Below, piece by piece: positions 1-10,537 of a DNA stretch of 38,470 nucleotides. The stretch comes from Macrostomum lignano (taxonomy: Eukaryota), in contig NIVC01002071.1 of assembly GCA_002269645.1 (NCBI GenBank), positions 1 through 38,470 of the forward strand. The letters are read 5' to 3'. The position numbers and the translations under genes are program-made. Under the pieces are notes generated by a model. The model was given only the letters and a program-made list of their open reading frames with translations. It ran no database searches and was not told where the DNA came from. Position 1 is the stretch's first letter; each line of letters opens with the position of its first letter.

Positions 1-1107
1 TAATAGTCTATTTTATCTTATTTATCTTAAAGATAATCAAATTTTAGCCGAGAATTTTGCCTAATTTTTGTTGTCCTTTTTATAAATATATTATTTAGTA
101 ACTCTAAAGTTTTTCACTTAAAATTTTTACTACTGTAATTCTTATTTCTTACATTTTGTGTCTTGTTATGACATTAAATGACATTAAAAATTAAGTTCAA
201 TTATATTAAATTTTAAACATTTATAGAATGTCTTGCTTCACTCAAGTCTCATACTAGGCATTCAAATTGTCTATTCCTACTACTCAGTGCTCACTCCCTA
301 TGCTCAGTGCTAACTCTGCTCAATGCTTGCTCTATCTGCTCAGTGCTAAACCTCCTGCAACTTGCTTCACCCCTCTGCAACCTATATACAAATTATTTGC
401 CAAGTGTTTCGCATACATGATGCACTGTACTTAAAGTACCTCTTGCTAGTTGTAGAGCTCAAAAAATTATAAATATCTATTGACTATCTAAAATATTACA
501 ACCCGTGTATCCAGCTAATCAAGACCAATTGAAATGTCGGCCCAGCAACCAGCATTGCCCAGCAGACTCAAGCCGAAGATTCAGACAGAAGCCAAGCAAC
601 ACTGAGGCCCGGTGGCCGCGGTGGCAATGGTGGAGGCTTCAGTCGCAGTCGTCTCAGCAGCAGCAACAGCGGCACTGCCGCGGCGCCCTCCCTAGTTGAA
701 GCCTTCGGCGCTGCGGCAACTTTCACCCGCGGCGCCGCGGCAGCCGTCGCCGCAGCTGTGGAGTCGGCGACTGCGGCATCGACAACAGCCAAGCAGCCTC
801 GGCGAGTCCGGCTGGCGCCTGGCAGGCAGCAGCAGCGCCCTGTTGCTCGTCTGCGTCGGTCTCTCGCGCCCTTGAAGCGCGCCACCGTCGGGCGTGGCGC
901 GTGACGACAGGCACCGGGACTGGCTATTCCACGGCGGTCGCTACTATCAGCTGGGCGACGTGTGGCTGTGACCGAGGATTCTTGCGAGTATTTCGTCAGA
1001 TCAAGTCTTTGTTCTTCGACAGCGAATTGTCTGCCAGCTGCCAGCTGGTCTGGTTGGTGCCGTTGGAGCGGCCTGCTGCTGGTGACAGCGGATCCATAGA
1101 TCAGAAA

Positions 1108-1178
1108 TTGGGATTCGAACCCGCGACTTACACTCTGGGGCCGGCTGACGAAGTTCTACACCGGCCGCTGAGCAGTAT
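1108..1178 (-). other. tRNA-derived Pol III promoter remnant (possible SINE head or tRNA pseudogene)
   Basis: Minus strand reads A-box-like TGCTCAGCGG (plus 1165-1174) then B-box GGTTCGAATCC (plus 1111-1121) at tRNA-like spacing. No acceptor stem pairing is visible. Confidence 0.35.
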
Positions 1179-1450
1179 GAGGTTTGTGTGTCACTGTCCG
1201 ACTGATTATTTTAGCGACTCGCGCTGCTGGTGCAGCTGTGGGCTCTGCTGGACAAAGGATTCGTGTGGACTACTCTGGAGAATGAGCTTGCCGCTCAACA
1301 CTGAATCCCGTTTCTGTCTGTCCCAGTAATACTGCTCTGTGCAAAGTTATGTGCATTATTTGTGTTCAAGCACACTATTAATGGGTATTTGTTTAATTTG
1401 TAATGACACGCGCTATAAACAGCAATACACCTGAGCTAAGAATGGTTGAC

Positions 1451-1830
1451 CCCTGAGATGGCCAACCTGAGAATCGCCCCCCCCCCGAGATGGCCAACTT
1501 GAGAAACGCCCCCCCCCCCCTGAGATGGACAACCTGAGAATCGCCCCCGCTCCGAGGTGGCCAACCTGAGAATCGCCCCCCCCCGAGATGGACAACTGAG
1601 AATCCCCCCGATATGGACAACTGAGAATCCCCCCCCCGATATGGACAACTGAGAATCCCCCCGATATGGACAACTTGCTTGAGAATCCCCCCCCCGATAT
1701 GGACAACTGAGAATCCCCCCGATATGGACAACTTGAGAATCCCCCCGATTATGGACAACTTGAGAACCCCCAGCATATGGACAACATTTTGAGGAATCCC
1801 CCCCCATGGCAAACTTGAGAATCCCCCAGT
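1451..1830. repeat. ~27-31 bp minisatellite (GAGAATCCCCCCGATATGGACAAC-type unit)
   Basis: About a dozen tandem copies that vary mainly in C-run length. Left copies read GAGATGGCCAAC, right copies GATATGGACAAC. Confidence 0.9.
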
Positions 1831-2250
1831 ATGCACAACTATGCAGATCGCCCGCCGTTTCACCAGCCGTTTACAATGGACTGGCAACGTTTCAACCATC
1901 CAGCTCAACAGTCAGCACCTGCAGGAAGAAATGAGGGCGAATCAACTGGACAGCAGGTTCCTGTGGGTCAGCAGTTCTACCCCCACCTAGGGACTATGCG
2001 ACAGCATGGCCAACCAACTGGACAGCAGGTCCCCAGCCCCCAAGGCCACCTAGGACTATGCGACAGCATGGCCAACCAACTGGACCGCAGGTTCCTGCTG
2101 TTCCACTTTCTTCCACAATGCCGCTACCCTTTTCTGGACATCCAGACAATCATCACTACATGCATCCACATGAACTACTTTGGCAGCAGCCTTACTTGGA
2201 ATCGCAGTTCTACGGTCAAATGAATCATCAATGCAACAGAGTCAATGGCA

Positions 2251-2289
<39 letters not shown>

Positions 2290-2522
2290 CAATATTCGTC
2301 AAAAGCAATGAACAACGTCATAAGGCAGAAGTTTTTGAAGAGAGTTCAGAAACCTGCATCCCTGACAGCGATCCGAAGCTTTCTGAGCAGTCCATAGCTC
2401 TCAAGAAGCCTTGTTATCAGACAGGACACGTTTCTGCAGGCTTAGAATATTCACGTGAACTAAGAACGCCCTCTGTCGGACCATTCAACAGTGTCAAGAA
2501 CAAACGGCAAAATTGCGACTGA
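1831..2522 (+). other. Possible Q/P/H-rich host coding segment, frameshifted; product unknown
   Basis: Overlapping ORFs 1831-2223 and 2058-2522 share a ~50-bp duplication (about 1981-2030 and 2044-2095) encoding MRQHGQPTG. No recognisable domain. Confidence 0.25.
2249..2287 (+). repeat. (CAG)n microsatellite
   Basis: CAG CAA followed by 11 CAG units. Confidence 0.95.
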
Positions 2523-2852
2523 CCGTCAAAACAGTTTATACCAAATTTGAAAAAACTGAAGAAAGAGAGGCCTTGGGGAAGATCCTCAAGAAGAAGTCTT
2601 CGATATAGTCAGCCGCAAAGTAATTGTCAAAGCCAGAAAAGCCAAAAAAGACTAAATTTCACTTTCGACTTTAATCAGGCAACAGTACGCTCAGTGCTTC
2701 AGTAAATATTTCACTACTGACTAGTCGTCGATCCTTAGTGAAAGCGGCAGTCTCCCTGAAAAATCAAATACGAAAGAGGACGAAATAGTTGGCAATCACC
2801 GTCAGTGAGTAAACAATCAAAGAATGTGCTGTACTTCAGCCCAAAAAAGGCT

Positions 2853-2980
2853 GTGCCTTGCTGCGCTCAATATGAGTGCCTGGCGCTTAATATGAGTGCT
2901 CTGGCGAATGAAAGCCTGCGGCTAACTGATGAGTGCTGGGCAAGTTCAGCAGCCTGGTCCCGAATATGACCAGCGGCAGC
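2853..2980. repeat. Degenerate copies of the 21-bp AATATGAGTGCC satellite
   Basis: ctgcgctcaatatgagtgcc and tggcgcttaatatgagtgct match the unit at 20646-20900, then decay to unrecognisable sequence. Confidence 0.7.
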
Positions 2981-3250
2981 CACAGACACGTCCTGGTTGA
3001 AGGAACTTTAAATGGAGGCAGGAAAAGGACATGTGGAAGGCAGGCATAGTCACAGGGGGGGAATAAAGAAGGAAATTGTAAGGGAATTACGATAGGACAA
3101 GGAGCGAGAGCGCACAGGTAGTCACAAACACAGAGTCTGGAGGTGGCAATGAAATGCAGGAAGAAAATGTATGGCACATGCGACACAATACGAATGACAT
3201 ACTCGTACCTTAAATTGCTGCATTTTCAACAGAGCATTTTAAACTGCGTT

Positions 3251-4152
3251 AGTAGTATAGGAAAAGTAGGTTTGAGCGCAACCCATTTTGAAAAATCACA
3301 AAAAACAGATAAAAATCGACTAAAAACAGGTGAAAATTGTCTGAAAACAGTGATTTTAGTGATTTTTCAAAAGTTTCGAAAAATTGCTTTTTGCGCGATT
3401 TCGTGAGTAAAACCACAAGAAATTTTTGATTCGTGGGTTAAAATAACCTATTTTCAGGTTTCATCATTTCAAAACTAGCATCAAATTTAATAATAGTCTT
3501 TTCTCCCATTGCATAACGCCCTTCAATAAGCCAATCTTACTAGCTTTGCTTTTAACGATCAGTCAGCTACCATCTATGCATAAAAATTGTCCACTCGAGG
3601 CATACAATGCTTTTACAAAAGTCAATAATTTGCTCCTGCACATTCGCTTTGTCCCGAGGCTTTGAAATGGCTTTAATGCTGTTCTAGATTTGTACTTAAA
3701 GATAATAGAAGACATTCAAGAACATGGAGCGCTAATTTAAATTTTTCGTGGCATGCATACTCGACTACTAGAGCACTAACCGCAGCACTCAACATTTCTA
3801 TTGGCTGCCAAAATTTCTGCCAAAACCAAAATTTTTGCCAAAATTTCTGCCAAAAAGTGTTTGGTTTTGGCATCCAATAGGAGTGGCTCGTGCAAATCTT
3901 TTGTGTTCACCCTCTATCTAGCTGTAAAAAAAGACATGAAGTGGGCCACGCAAGTTACAAACGAACAATGCTCTCGCGACCCTACCTACGGACGATTTCA
4001 CTAACCCTTTTCTAAATTATGTATCTTAAAAATGGAACAAATAGCAGGAGAAATTCTCCTCAAAGCAATTTTTATATTGTGACTCAGCTTTAACGTCGTG
4101 CGAAACCCACACTGAGTGAAGCGTATGGTCAAATAGGCTCTCGCAGGAACTC
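3251..4152 (+). repeat. Left terminal inverted repeat (902 bp)
   Basis: Starts AGTAGTATAGGAAAAGTAGG and ends TCGCAGGAACTC. Reverse complement of 19744-20645; mirrored ORFs 3673-3873/20023-20223 and 3801-4004/19892-20095 have identical translations. Confidence 0.97.
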
Positions 4153-4467
4153 TAAAAATTGGTCAAGGACAGCTTCCATTACACAAAGTTAAATCTAATT
4201 CACGTAAATCAAAATTGCTATAATGAAAATTAATTATAAAAAATTAAAAAAGATAACAGCTCCTTAAAATCCGTTTTTAGGATACACTTCGCATAACTTA
4301 TGCAAATAATAATAATGGTTTTGTATTTTAAATATTAAAGTAGTGATTATTAAAACAGTAACAAAAAGTCCTCAAACGCCTATGAAGAACAAAATTAAAA
4401 CATTAGAGCAATTTATTAATATTGACAAATTAGTCCATGATCGCCACAAGTCATCAATCATCTAGTT

Positions 4468-4959
4468 TTAGTTAGCTGATGAAGCAGCAGTGCCTCGGTT
4501 GTCAGCAGTGCCTCGGTTGTCAGCAGTGCCTCGGATGTCAGCAGTGCCTTGGATGTCAGCAGTGCCTTGGATGTCAGCAGTGCCTTGGATGTCAGCAGTG
4601 CCTTGGATGTCAGCAGTGCCTCGGTTGTCAGCAGCGATCTCATAGGGTGGTGGAAGGCTATCATCTTCAGTATCCAAATCACCAATCGCTTGCATGGCTT
4701 GAGCTTGGTTTTGATAGGATAGTGCAATAGCTTGCATGCTTTTTCTTTTTGCCACATTTTCCTTCAGAAGCTTCAGGAGCTTATCCTCCTCCGTAAAGGA
4801 CTTGAATGTATCTAAACCTTGTAGCTTATTGATTAGTCTCTCAGAACCTAGATCTGCAAATATAGTTAATGGCATGAGCCTTCGAATCTTTTGCTTTGTG
4901 AGTTCGAATTCCTTTCGATGATCCCTATATCTCTTGCGAAGTTCCTTTTCGGATGGCAT
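4468..4959 (-). CDS. Maverick accessory protein (163 aa) with PPPY motif and C-terminal GTADIQ/GTADNR repeats
   Basis: ATG-initiated ORF with a charged helical N-terminus, the motif SLPPPYE and a coding 18-bp tandem repeat. Confidence 0.6.
   Translation of the reverse strand: MPSEKELRKRYRDHRKEFELTKQKIRRLMPLTIFADLGSERLINKLQGLDTFKSFTEEDKLLKLLKENVAKRKSMQAIALSYQNQAQAMQAIGDLDTEDDSLPPPYEIAADNRGTADIQGTADIQGTADIQGTADIQGTADIRGTADNRGTADNRGTAASSAN
4485..4634. repeat. 18-bp tandem repeat x8.3 (CAGCAGTGCCTYGGWTGT)
   Basis: Read directly; lies inside ORF 4468-4959. Confidence 0.95.
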
Positions 4960-5675
4960 GTCTATTAAAGCTTTTTATTGTTGCAATGAATTTGGAGAGA
5001 ATTATCAGCCATCTTTCCAAATTCATTCCTGTATTAATATTATGTGAAAATACAAAAGCAGCGCATAACCTCAATTCTCATTGGTATCTCATTGATGACA
5101 ACCAATGAGAAAGCGACACCGGGTGAATGGAATGCAACTTTGCAGGCTCATGCCAGATGCAGAAAAAATTCTATCCACATGAGTCAGAATTGTAGTTACT
5201 TGAGATGCATGGCATCGCACTGCACAATGCACACTGAAAGAAACTATGTTCCTTTTTTCTTTAAAGCAGAATGACTCAACATTCTTTCTAGCTTTTCGCA
5301 TCAAGAATGAAGCAAAGCAACTAACCTAACCCTAACAGTTTAGCAGTTGAGTCAATAAGAATTTATTGTTCCTTTATCAATAGGTTTTGAATATCAGCAT
5401 GCTGCAGCAGGAATTGAGCACCTCTTAAACCCCAACTCTAAAGCACGGCCATGGCAGTTTTTTCTCTATTTTCATGACTCAGTGCGCATGTAAGAAGTCG
5501 CTTAGGTGGCTTGATAAAAACCCGCTTTAGTTTTGGAAGCAATACAACACACGTTTATCAGACAGACTAAAGCAAACAGAGTGAACATATAAATCACACA
5601 ACTCAGCAACAACGAAAAGGTAAGAAATAAGAGTTTTGTTCTTGTGTTGATTTTGATACTAGCTAAATAGTTATA

Positions 5676-6311
5676 ATGCCCTACATTTTAGAATCCCGTA
5701 TGGAGGCAGCAATGGCATCATTCGAATCCGACCTCGATAGTCTTATCAAGGAGATTTTTTGTAGTGGGGATTTAAAGCATTGTAAGAAATGGATAGGAGA
5801 ATATAACAAGGTTGCTAGAAAATTTAATAGGAAGAAGTTTGCTATTCCAACTTTTCGAGGTAGATTGGAGAGAGTGGACAAGACAAAGGAACGAATAGCA
5901 GAAGCTGCTAAAATACTGCGGGATTCGATGGAGCATCAAGAGCCGGGAGAGATTAATGAATTTATGGACGGAGAGTATCAATTTCAGGATGCAATTACAG
6001 AACTTAATTCCATTGATAAAATGATAAACGAGCTACAGTGCCGGGGCTTGCAGTATGGAATTAAGTCTGGTCAGATATTAATAAGAATGAAGCTTTCATT
6101 GAGTGACGAGGAGTATAAAGTATTTTTGTCTAGACTACGCTTTAAGTCCGCGTGGGGGAACTATTTAGTCCGAGTGGCTCGTCTAAGCACAGCACATCCA
6201 ATTCTGTGGCGTTGTGGCATCTCACTGTTTCGCCTACGTTCTATAATCAAGTACGCTGAGAAAGCCCTGGAGATGCTGGAGGAAGAGGAGGAAGATGCAC
6301 TTCTGATCTGA
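5676..6311 (+). CDS. Maverick hypothetical helical protein (211 aa) with acidic C-terminus
   Basis: Clean ATG-initiated ORF upstream of polB on the same strand. Function not recognised. Confidence 0.75.
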   Translation: MPYILESRMEAAMASFESDLDSLIKEIFCSGDLKHCKKWIGEYNKVARKFNRKKFAIPTFRGRLERVDKTKERIAEAAKILRDSMEHQEPGEINEFMDGEYQFQDAITELNSIDKMINELQCRGLQYGIKSGQILIRMKLSLSDEEYKVFLSRLRFKSAWGNYLVRVARLSTAHPILWRCGISLFRLRSIIKYAEKALEMLEEEEEDALLI

Positions 6312-6372
6312 TGAAAATCTTATTGCGCGCGTTGTGAATCATAACATCTGACTCTCATTATGCTGACTATTC

Positions 6373-6598
6373 TTTTTCACATCGAATACTGCAGTATCTG
6401 GTTCTTTTTTGCTCGTTGCTTTTTCACATCGAATACTGCAGTATCTGGTTCTTTTTTGCTCGTTGCTTTTTCACATCGAATACTGCAGTATCTGGTTCTT
6501 TTTTGCTCGTTGCTTTTTCACATCGAATACTGCAGTATCTGGTTCTTTTTTGCTCGTTGCTTTTTCACATCGAATACTGCAGTATCTGGTTCTTTTTC
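6373..6598. repeat. 47-bp tandem repeat x~4.8, each unit with palindrome ATACTGCAGTAT
   Basis: CACATCG recurs at 6378, 6425, 6472, 6519 and 6566. Confidence 0.95.
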
Positions 6599-6707
6599 TG
6601 CCTATTGTAATATCGCTTATACATTTCTAATTGCTTAATCCTGTGGATGCCACAATAAATTTATAACGTCATTACATAATTTTCCTGCTAAATTTATTTT
6701 ATAAAAA

Positions 6708-9700
6708 ATGGAACAACTCAGAAAGATGAGTGATGAAGAATTTGAACAATACATTCAAGCTGAGCGGTTTCGGCGTCAGCAGCAAAAGCACACAGATAAT
6801 GAGCCTATAGCGGAGTCCAAAGAAGATGAAGTGGCAGCTCCGCAGATTGGTGATGAAATAATACTACATAAATCCTTTAGAGAGAAGTATAATAAGAAGT
6901 CAGAAATTTCAGAGTATGTCATTAGGAATGTTAATGAAGGTTATATAACAAAGGTTTTTATTCAGTATGAAGATGCAATTAAAGCAGTGTTGGAGAAAGT
7001 TAGAGATGGTGGACGGAGTAAGTTCAACTTGCATTTTGAACTAGAATTCAAAAAGAATTTTAACGAAGACATTCCTCCATTCACAGTCTATGACAATGAA
7101 AGTGGATTCTACAATATTCAGTCAGATTCACAGTATGACACTGCCCTTAGCGAAAGACAGGAGACATTGGAAAAGTTCATTGATGAGTTCTGTGAGAAGG
7201 GATCAGATAATGTCTTTGTGCAGATAAAATCTATCTACATCAGAGTTGCCAAGGTTTCTAGCATTCAGGGAGGATCCTTCTTTACTAACAATGAAATTAA
7301 AAAATGTCGATCAATTCTTAACATTCAGAATGATGATGAGAAATGCTTCCTCTGGTGTGTATTAGCTGTTAAACATCCACAAAATAAAGATGGTTATCGA
7401 GTGTCAAAATATAAACCATATGAAAAAGAACTTAATCTCACCGATATCCAATTCCCCATGAGAATAAAAGATATAAAAAAGTTTGAAAGACTAAATGAAG
7501 AGTTTGCTGTTAATGTGCTGTATTATGAAGGTAAATTCCCAGATACACTACAACATCTCTATGTCTCACCTCATAATCAACGAACTTATGTAGTAGATTT
7601 ACTATACCTGGAGGAAGATGGTAACACTCATTATTGTCTGATAAAAAATCTTACAACATTAGTTTCAAAACAAACTGGAAAGCGTGTAAATCACAAGTCA
7701 TTTTTATGCAGAACATGCATGACTGTTTACACAAGTGAAAACGTGTTGGCCGAGCACTCAAGGTTGTGCGGTAAAAATGCACCCGGTCTTTATAAATTAC
7801 CTAAGGAAGAATCGAAGCTGAAATTTAAGAATCATATATTCAAACTAAAGCTACCCATCGCTATCTATGCTGACTTTGAAGCAACAACTGAACCCATTGA
7901 AGCACAAAGTAAAAGCTTCACTAAGATTTTAGACAAAGAGTCATATACTCTAAAAGTAGCAAATCAGAACGCAATAGCTTACGGTTTTTATATCCATTCT
8001 GAGTTACCCGAGGTAATTAAATCGAAGTATGAAGGATATTGTGGCACAGATGCCAAGGAAAAATATGTTGATAGAATGGTTGAAATTTATCAACAAATTA
8101 AGAATGGTCTGAAGGAGCCTAAGCATATTAATCATAATTTGACATCGCAAGAGGAGGCTTCTTTCTGTAAGGCTAAACAATGCTACATATGCGAGAAGGA
8201 GTTTGATATGGTTCCAGATATGAAGGTGCATGTGAAGGAAATTGACAGTAAAGTTACTATAGAATCTTGGTGCAAAAAATGTCTGAACAAGAGCAATAAT
8301 ATAAGTAAATATAAGATCACAAAGCAACAATGGAAAGAGTTTTACAGGGCTGAAAAATGTGCGAATTGTAAAAATGACTTTACACTTAAGCTAGGTAAGG
8401 TAAGAGAACATTGTCACTATAGTGGCAAATATAGAGGGGCTGCCTGTAAATCCTGCAATGCTCTCGAGAGTAAGAAGCGAGTAATCCCAATCTACTTCCA
8501 GAATGGATCCCACTATGACTTTCACTTCTTAGTGACACACTTAAAGAGCAAAGAGACCATGGAGGATAAATTATTTCCTCCACTATCTAAAACTTCTGAA
8601 GAGTACATTTCTCTCGAGTTTGGATGTAACAAAGTAGTACTGAGGTTCCTAGATTCATACAGGTTCTTGGCTTCCTCGCTGGATATCTGCGCAAAGTCCC
8701 TGAAGGATGAAGACTTCATCATAACAAAGAAATACTTTAAAAACGACAGCGATTTTCAATATGTTAAGCGCAAGGGTGTATTCCCATATGAGTATATCAG
8801 AAGCTTTGGAAGATTAGCAGAAACTGAGTTACCACCATTGAAAGAGTTTTACTCGAGGTTGAAAGGTGAAGACATTTCTTCAGATGAATATGATTTTGCA
8901 AAACAAATGTGGAAAACTTTTAATTGTAAGAATTTGGAGGATTATATGATGCTGTATCTTAAGGTTGACGTTCTATTATTAGCAGATGTATTCGAACGCT
9001 ATAGAACATTCTTCCTGAAACACTTTGAGATTGATCCAGCCAGATGCTTCTCAGCACCAGGATTGAGTTGGAATGCTGGGTTGAAGAAAAGTAAAGTTGA
9101 GTTAGACTTGCTGGCGGATATCGATATGATTCATATGATTGATAGTGGAATAAGAGGTGGATTTAGCGGAGTTCTAGGGTCACGATATGTAAAGGCAAAT
9201 AATCCTTATCTTCCAGGCTATGATTTAGAAAAACCAACTTCCTACTTACTTTACGTTGATTGTACAAATCTCTATGGTTATAGTATGTTGGAACCCCTTC
9301 CTTTTTCTGACTTTAAATGGGAAGCTGATTCCAACTATTATAAAAATCCTCCTGAAGGACGGGGCTGTCTTGTTGAATGTGATCTTGAATATACAAAAGA
9401 ATCAAAAAAGAAAACGTATGCCTTCCCATTAGCACCTGAAAGTACAACTGTGTCAGAAAGTGAATTGAGTGAATATCAGAAAGGATGTCTAGAAGTCGAA
9501 ATGAAAAAGATTGGAAAAGTTCCTAAATTGATCCTTAATTTAAAAAATAAAACAAAATATATCGTACATCATAAGCTATTGCGATTCTATGAAGAGATGG
9601 GCTTGAAAGTGACAAAAGTACATAGGACGATTTCATTCAATGAAAAGCCATGGTTAAAGGAGTATATCGAGTTTAATACGATAGAAAGAAAGAAGGCAAA

Positions 9701-10535
9701 AGAAGCAAAAATTGAGTTCGAAGACAATCAGTTCAAAATGCTTAATGTAAGCATCTTTGGCAAGACAATGGAGGATGTTAAAAAGAGAAAGCGATTTGAG
9801 TTGCTGACAAGTGAGGATGAGATATCTAAGATAATATCCAAGCCAGATTTCATAGACTTCAAAATCTTCAATGAAAATCTAATTTGCATTCACCAGCGAC
9901 CTAAGAATATCCCTCTTGGAACAAAGCCAACATACGCTGGACAAGCAATTCTGGATCTCTCGAAATTGCATATGTATGAAACATTTTACAAAGTTTTCAA
10001 GTCCAAATGGGGGGATAATGTTGAGATTGTTACCTCTGACACCGACTCATTCATTCTTCATATAAAGACAGAAAATATTTATAAAGACATTGCTCAGATG
10101 AAGGAGCATTTCGATTTGTCGCTGTATACTAAAAATTTTCCGATTGATTTACATGATATGAATAATTGTGGAAAGCTGGGAACATTCAAGGATGAATTGG
10201 CAAAATATGATTGCATAATGACAGAAGTAACCGCTCTAAGATCGAAAGCATATTCATTTAAAACAGTTTATGTCAGCACTCAAAAGGAAGGGAAGGAAGA
10301 GAAAAAATTAAAGGGAATCTCAAAGTCAACAGTGAAGCATCATGTACAATATGATGACTATAGAAATATACTACTTGATTATAACGAACCAGTCTATAGG
10401 AAAGTGTATAGCCTTAGATCAGACAAGCATAACATGACTTTAATAGAACAAAATAAGAAGGCTATTAGTCCTTTCGATGACAAAAGATACATTGAATCCA
10501 ATGGAATTATAACACATCCTCATGGATTCAAATAA
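6708..10535 (+). CDS. polB: Protein-primed family B DNA polymerase (1275 aa) with endonuclease VII-like Zn-binding insertion
   Basis: Exonuclease motifs YADFE, NGSHYDFHF and YLKVDVLLLAD. Polymerase motifs YVDCTNLYG, KMLNVSIFGK and SDTDS. Insert REHCHYSGKYRGAACKSCN; C2H2-like CRTC..HSRLC. Confidence 0.97.
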   Translation: MEQLRKMSDEEFEQYIQAERFRRQQQKHTDNEPIAESKEDEVAAPQIGDEIILHKSFREKYNKKSEISEYVIRNVNEGYITKVFIQYEDAIKAVLEKVRDGGRSKFNLHFELEFKKNFNEDIPPFTVYDNESGFYNIQSDSQYDTALSERQETLEKFIDEFCEKGSDNVFVQIKSIYIRVAKVSSIQGGSFFTNNEIKKCRSILNIQNDDEKCFLWCVLAVKHPQNKDGYRVSKYKPYEKELNLTDIQFPMRIKDIKKFERLNEEFAVNVLYYEGKFPDTLQHLYVSPHNQRTYVVDLLYLEEDGNTHYCLIKNLTTLVSKQTGKRVNHKSFLCRTCMTVYTSENVLAEHSRLCGKNAPGLYKLPKEESKLKFKNHIFKLKLPIAIYADFEATTEPIEAQSKSFTKILDKESYTLKVANQNAIAYGFYIHSELPEVIKSKYEGYCGTDAKEKYVDRMVEIYQQIKNGLKEPKHINHNLTSQEEASFCKAKQCYICEKEFDMVPDMKVHVKEIDSKVTIESWCKKCLNKSNNISKYKITKQQWKEFYRAEKCANCKNDFTLKLGKVREHCHYSGKYRGAACKSCNALESKKRVIPIYFQNGSHYDFHFLVTHLKSKETMEDKLFPPLSKTSEEYISLEFGCNKVVLRFLDSYRFLASSLDICAKSLKDEDFIITKKYFKNDSDFQYVKRKGVFPYEYIRSFGRLAETELPPLKEFYSRLKGEDISSDEYDFAKQMWKTFNCKNLEDYMMLYLKVDVLLLADVFERYRTFFLKHFEIDPARCFSAPGLSWNAGLKKSKVELDLLADIDMIHMIDSGIRGGFSGVLGSRYVKANNPYLPGYDLEKPTSYLLYVDCTNLYGYSMLEPLPFSDFKWEADSNYYKNPPEGRGCLVECDLEYTKESKKKTYAFPLAPESTTVSESELSEYQKGCLEVEMKKIGKVPKLILNLKNKTKYIVHHKLLRFYEEMGLKVTKVHRTISFNEKPWLKEYIEFNTIERKKAKEAKIEFEDNQFKMLNVSIFGKTMEDVKKRKRFELLTSEDEISKIISKPDFIDFKIFNENLICIHQRPKNIPLGTKPTYAGQAILDLSKLHMYETFYKVFKSKWGDNVEIVTSDTDSFILHIKTENIYKDIAQMKEHFDLSLYTKNFPIDLHDMNNCGKLGTFKDELAKYDCIMTEVTALRSKAYSFKTVYVSTQKEGKEEKKLKGISKSTVKHHVQYDDYRNILLDYNEPVYRKVYSLRSDKHNMTLIEQNKKAISPFDDKRYIESNGIITHPHGFK

Positions 10536-10537
10536 GT

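Noticed and set aside
505-914. Ala/Arg/Gln-rich short ORFs on both strands
   Set aside because: GC-rich low-complexity sequence opens several frames; no domain or splice support seen.
3673-4004. ORFs inside the TIRs (QKFW repeats; mirrored at 19892-20223)
   Set aside because: By-products of the short TTGGCAGAAATT repeats; no start signature or known motif.
4479-4730. Metallothionein-like (CLGCQQ)n peptide on the plus strand
   Set aside because: Antisense reading of the 18-bp repeat inside the longer minus-strand ORF; no independent support.
5321-5336. Telomere-like CTAACCTAACCCTAAC
   Set aside because: Under three units with mixed periods; too short to be meaningful.
6360-6638. Hydrophobic ORFs, or a CRISPR-like reading of the 47-bp array
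   Set aside because: Units are contiguous with no unique spacers and no cas genes; the ORFs arise from a T-rich stop-poor repeat.
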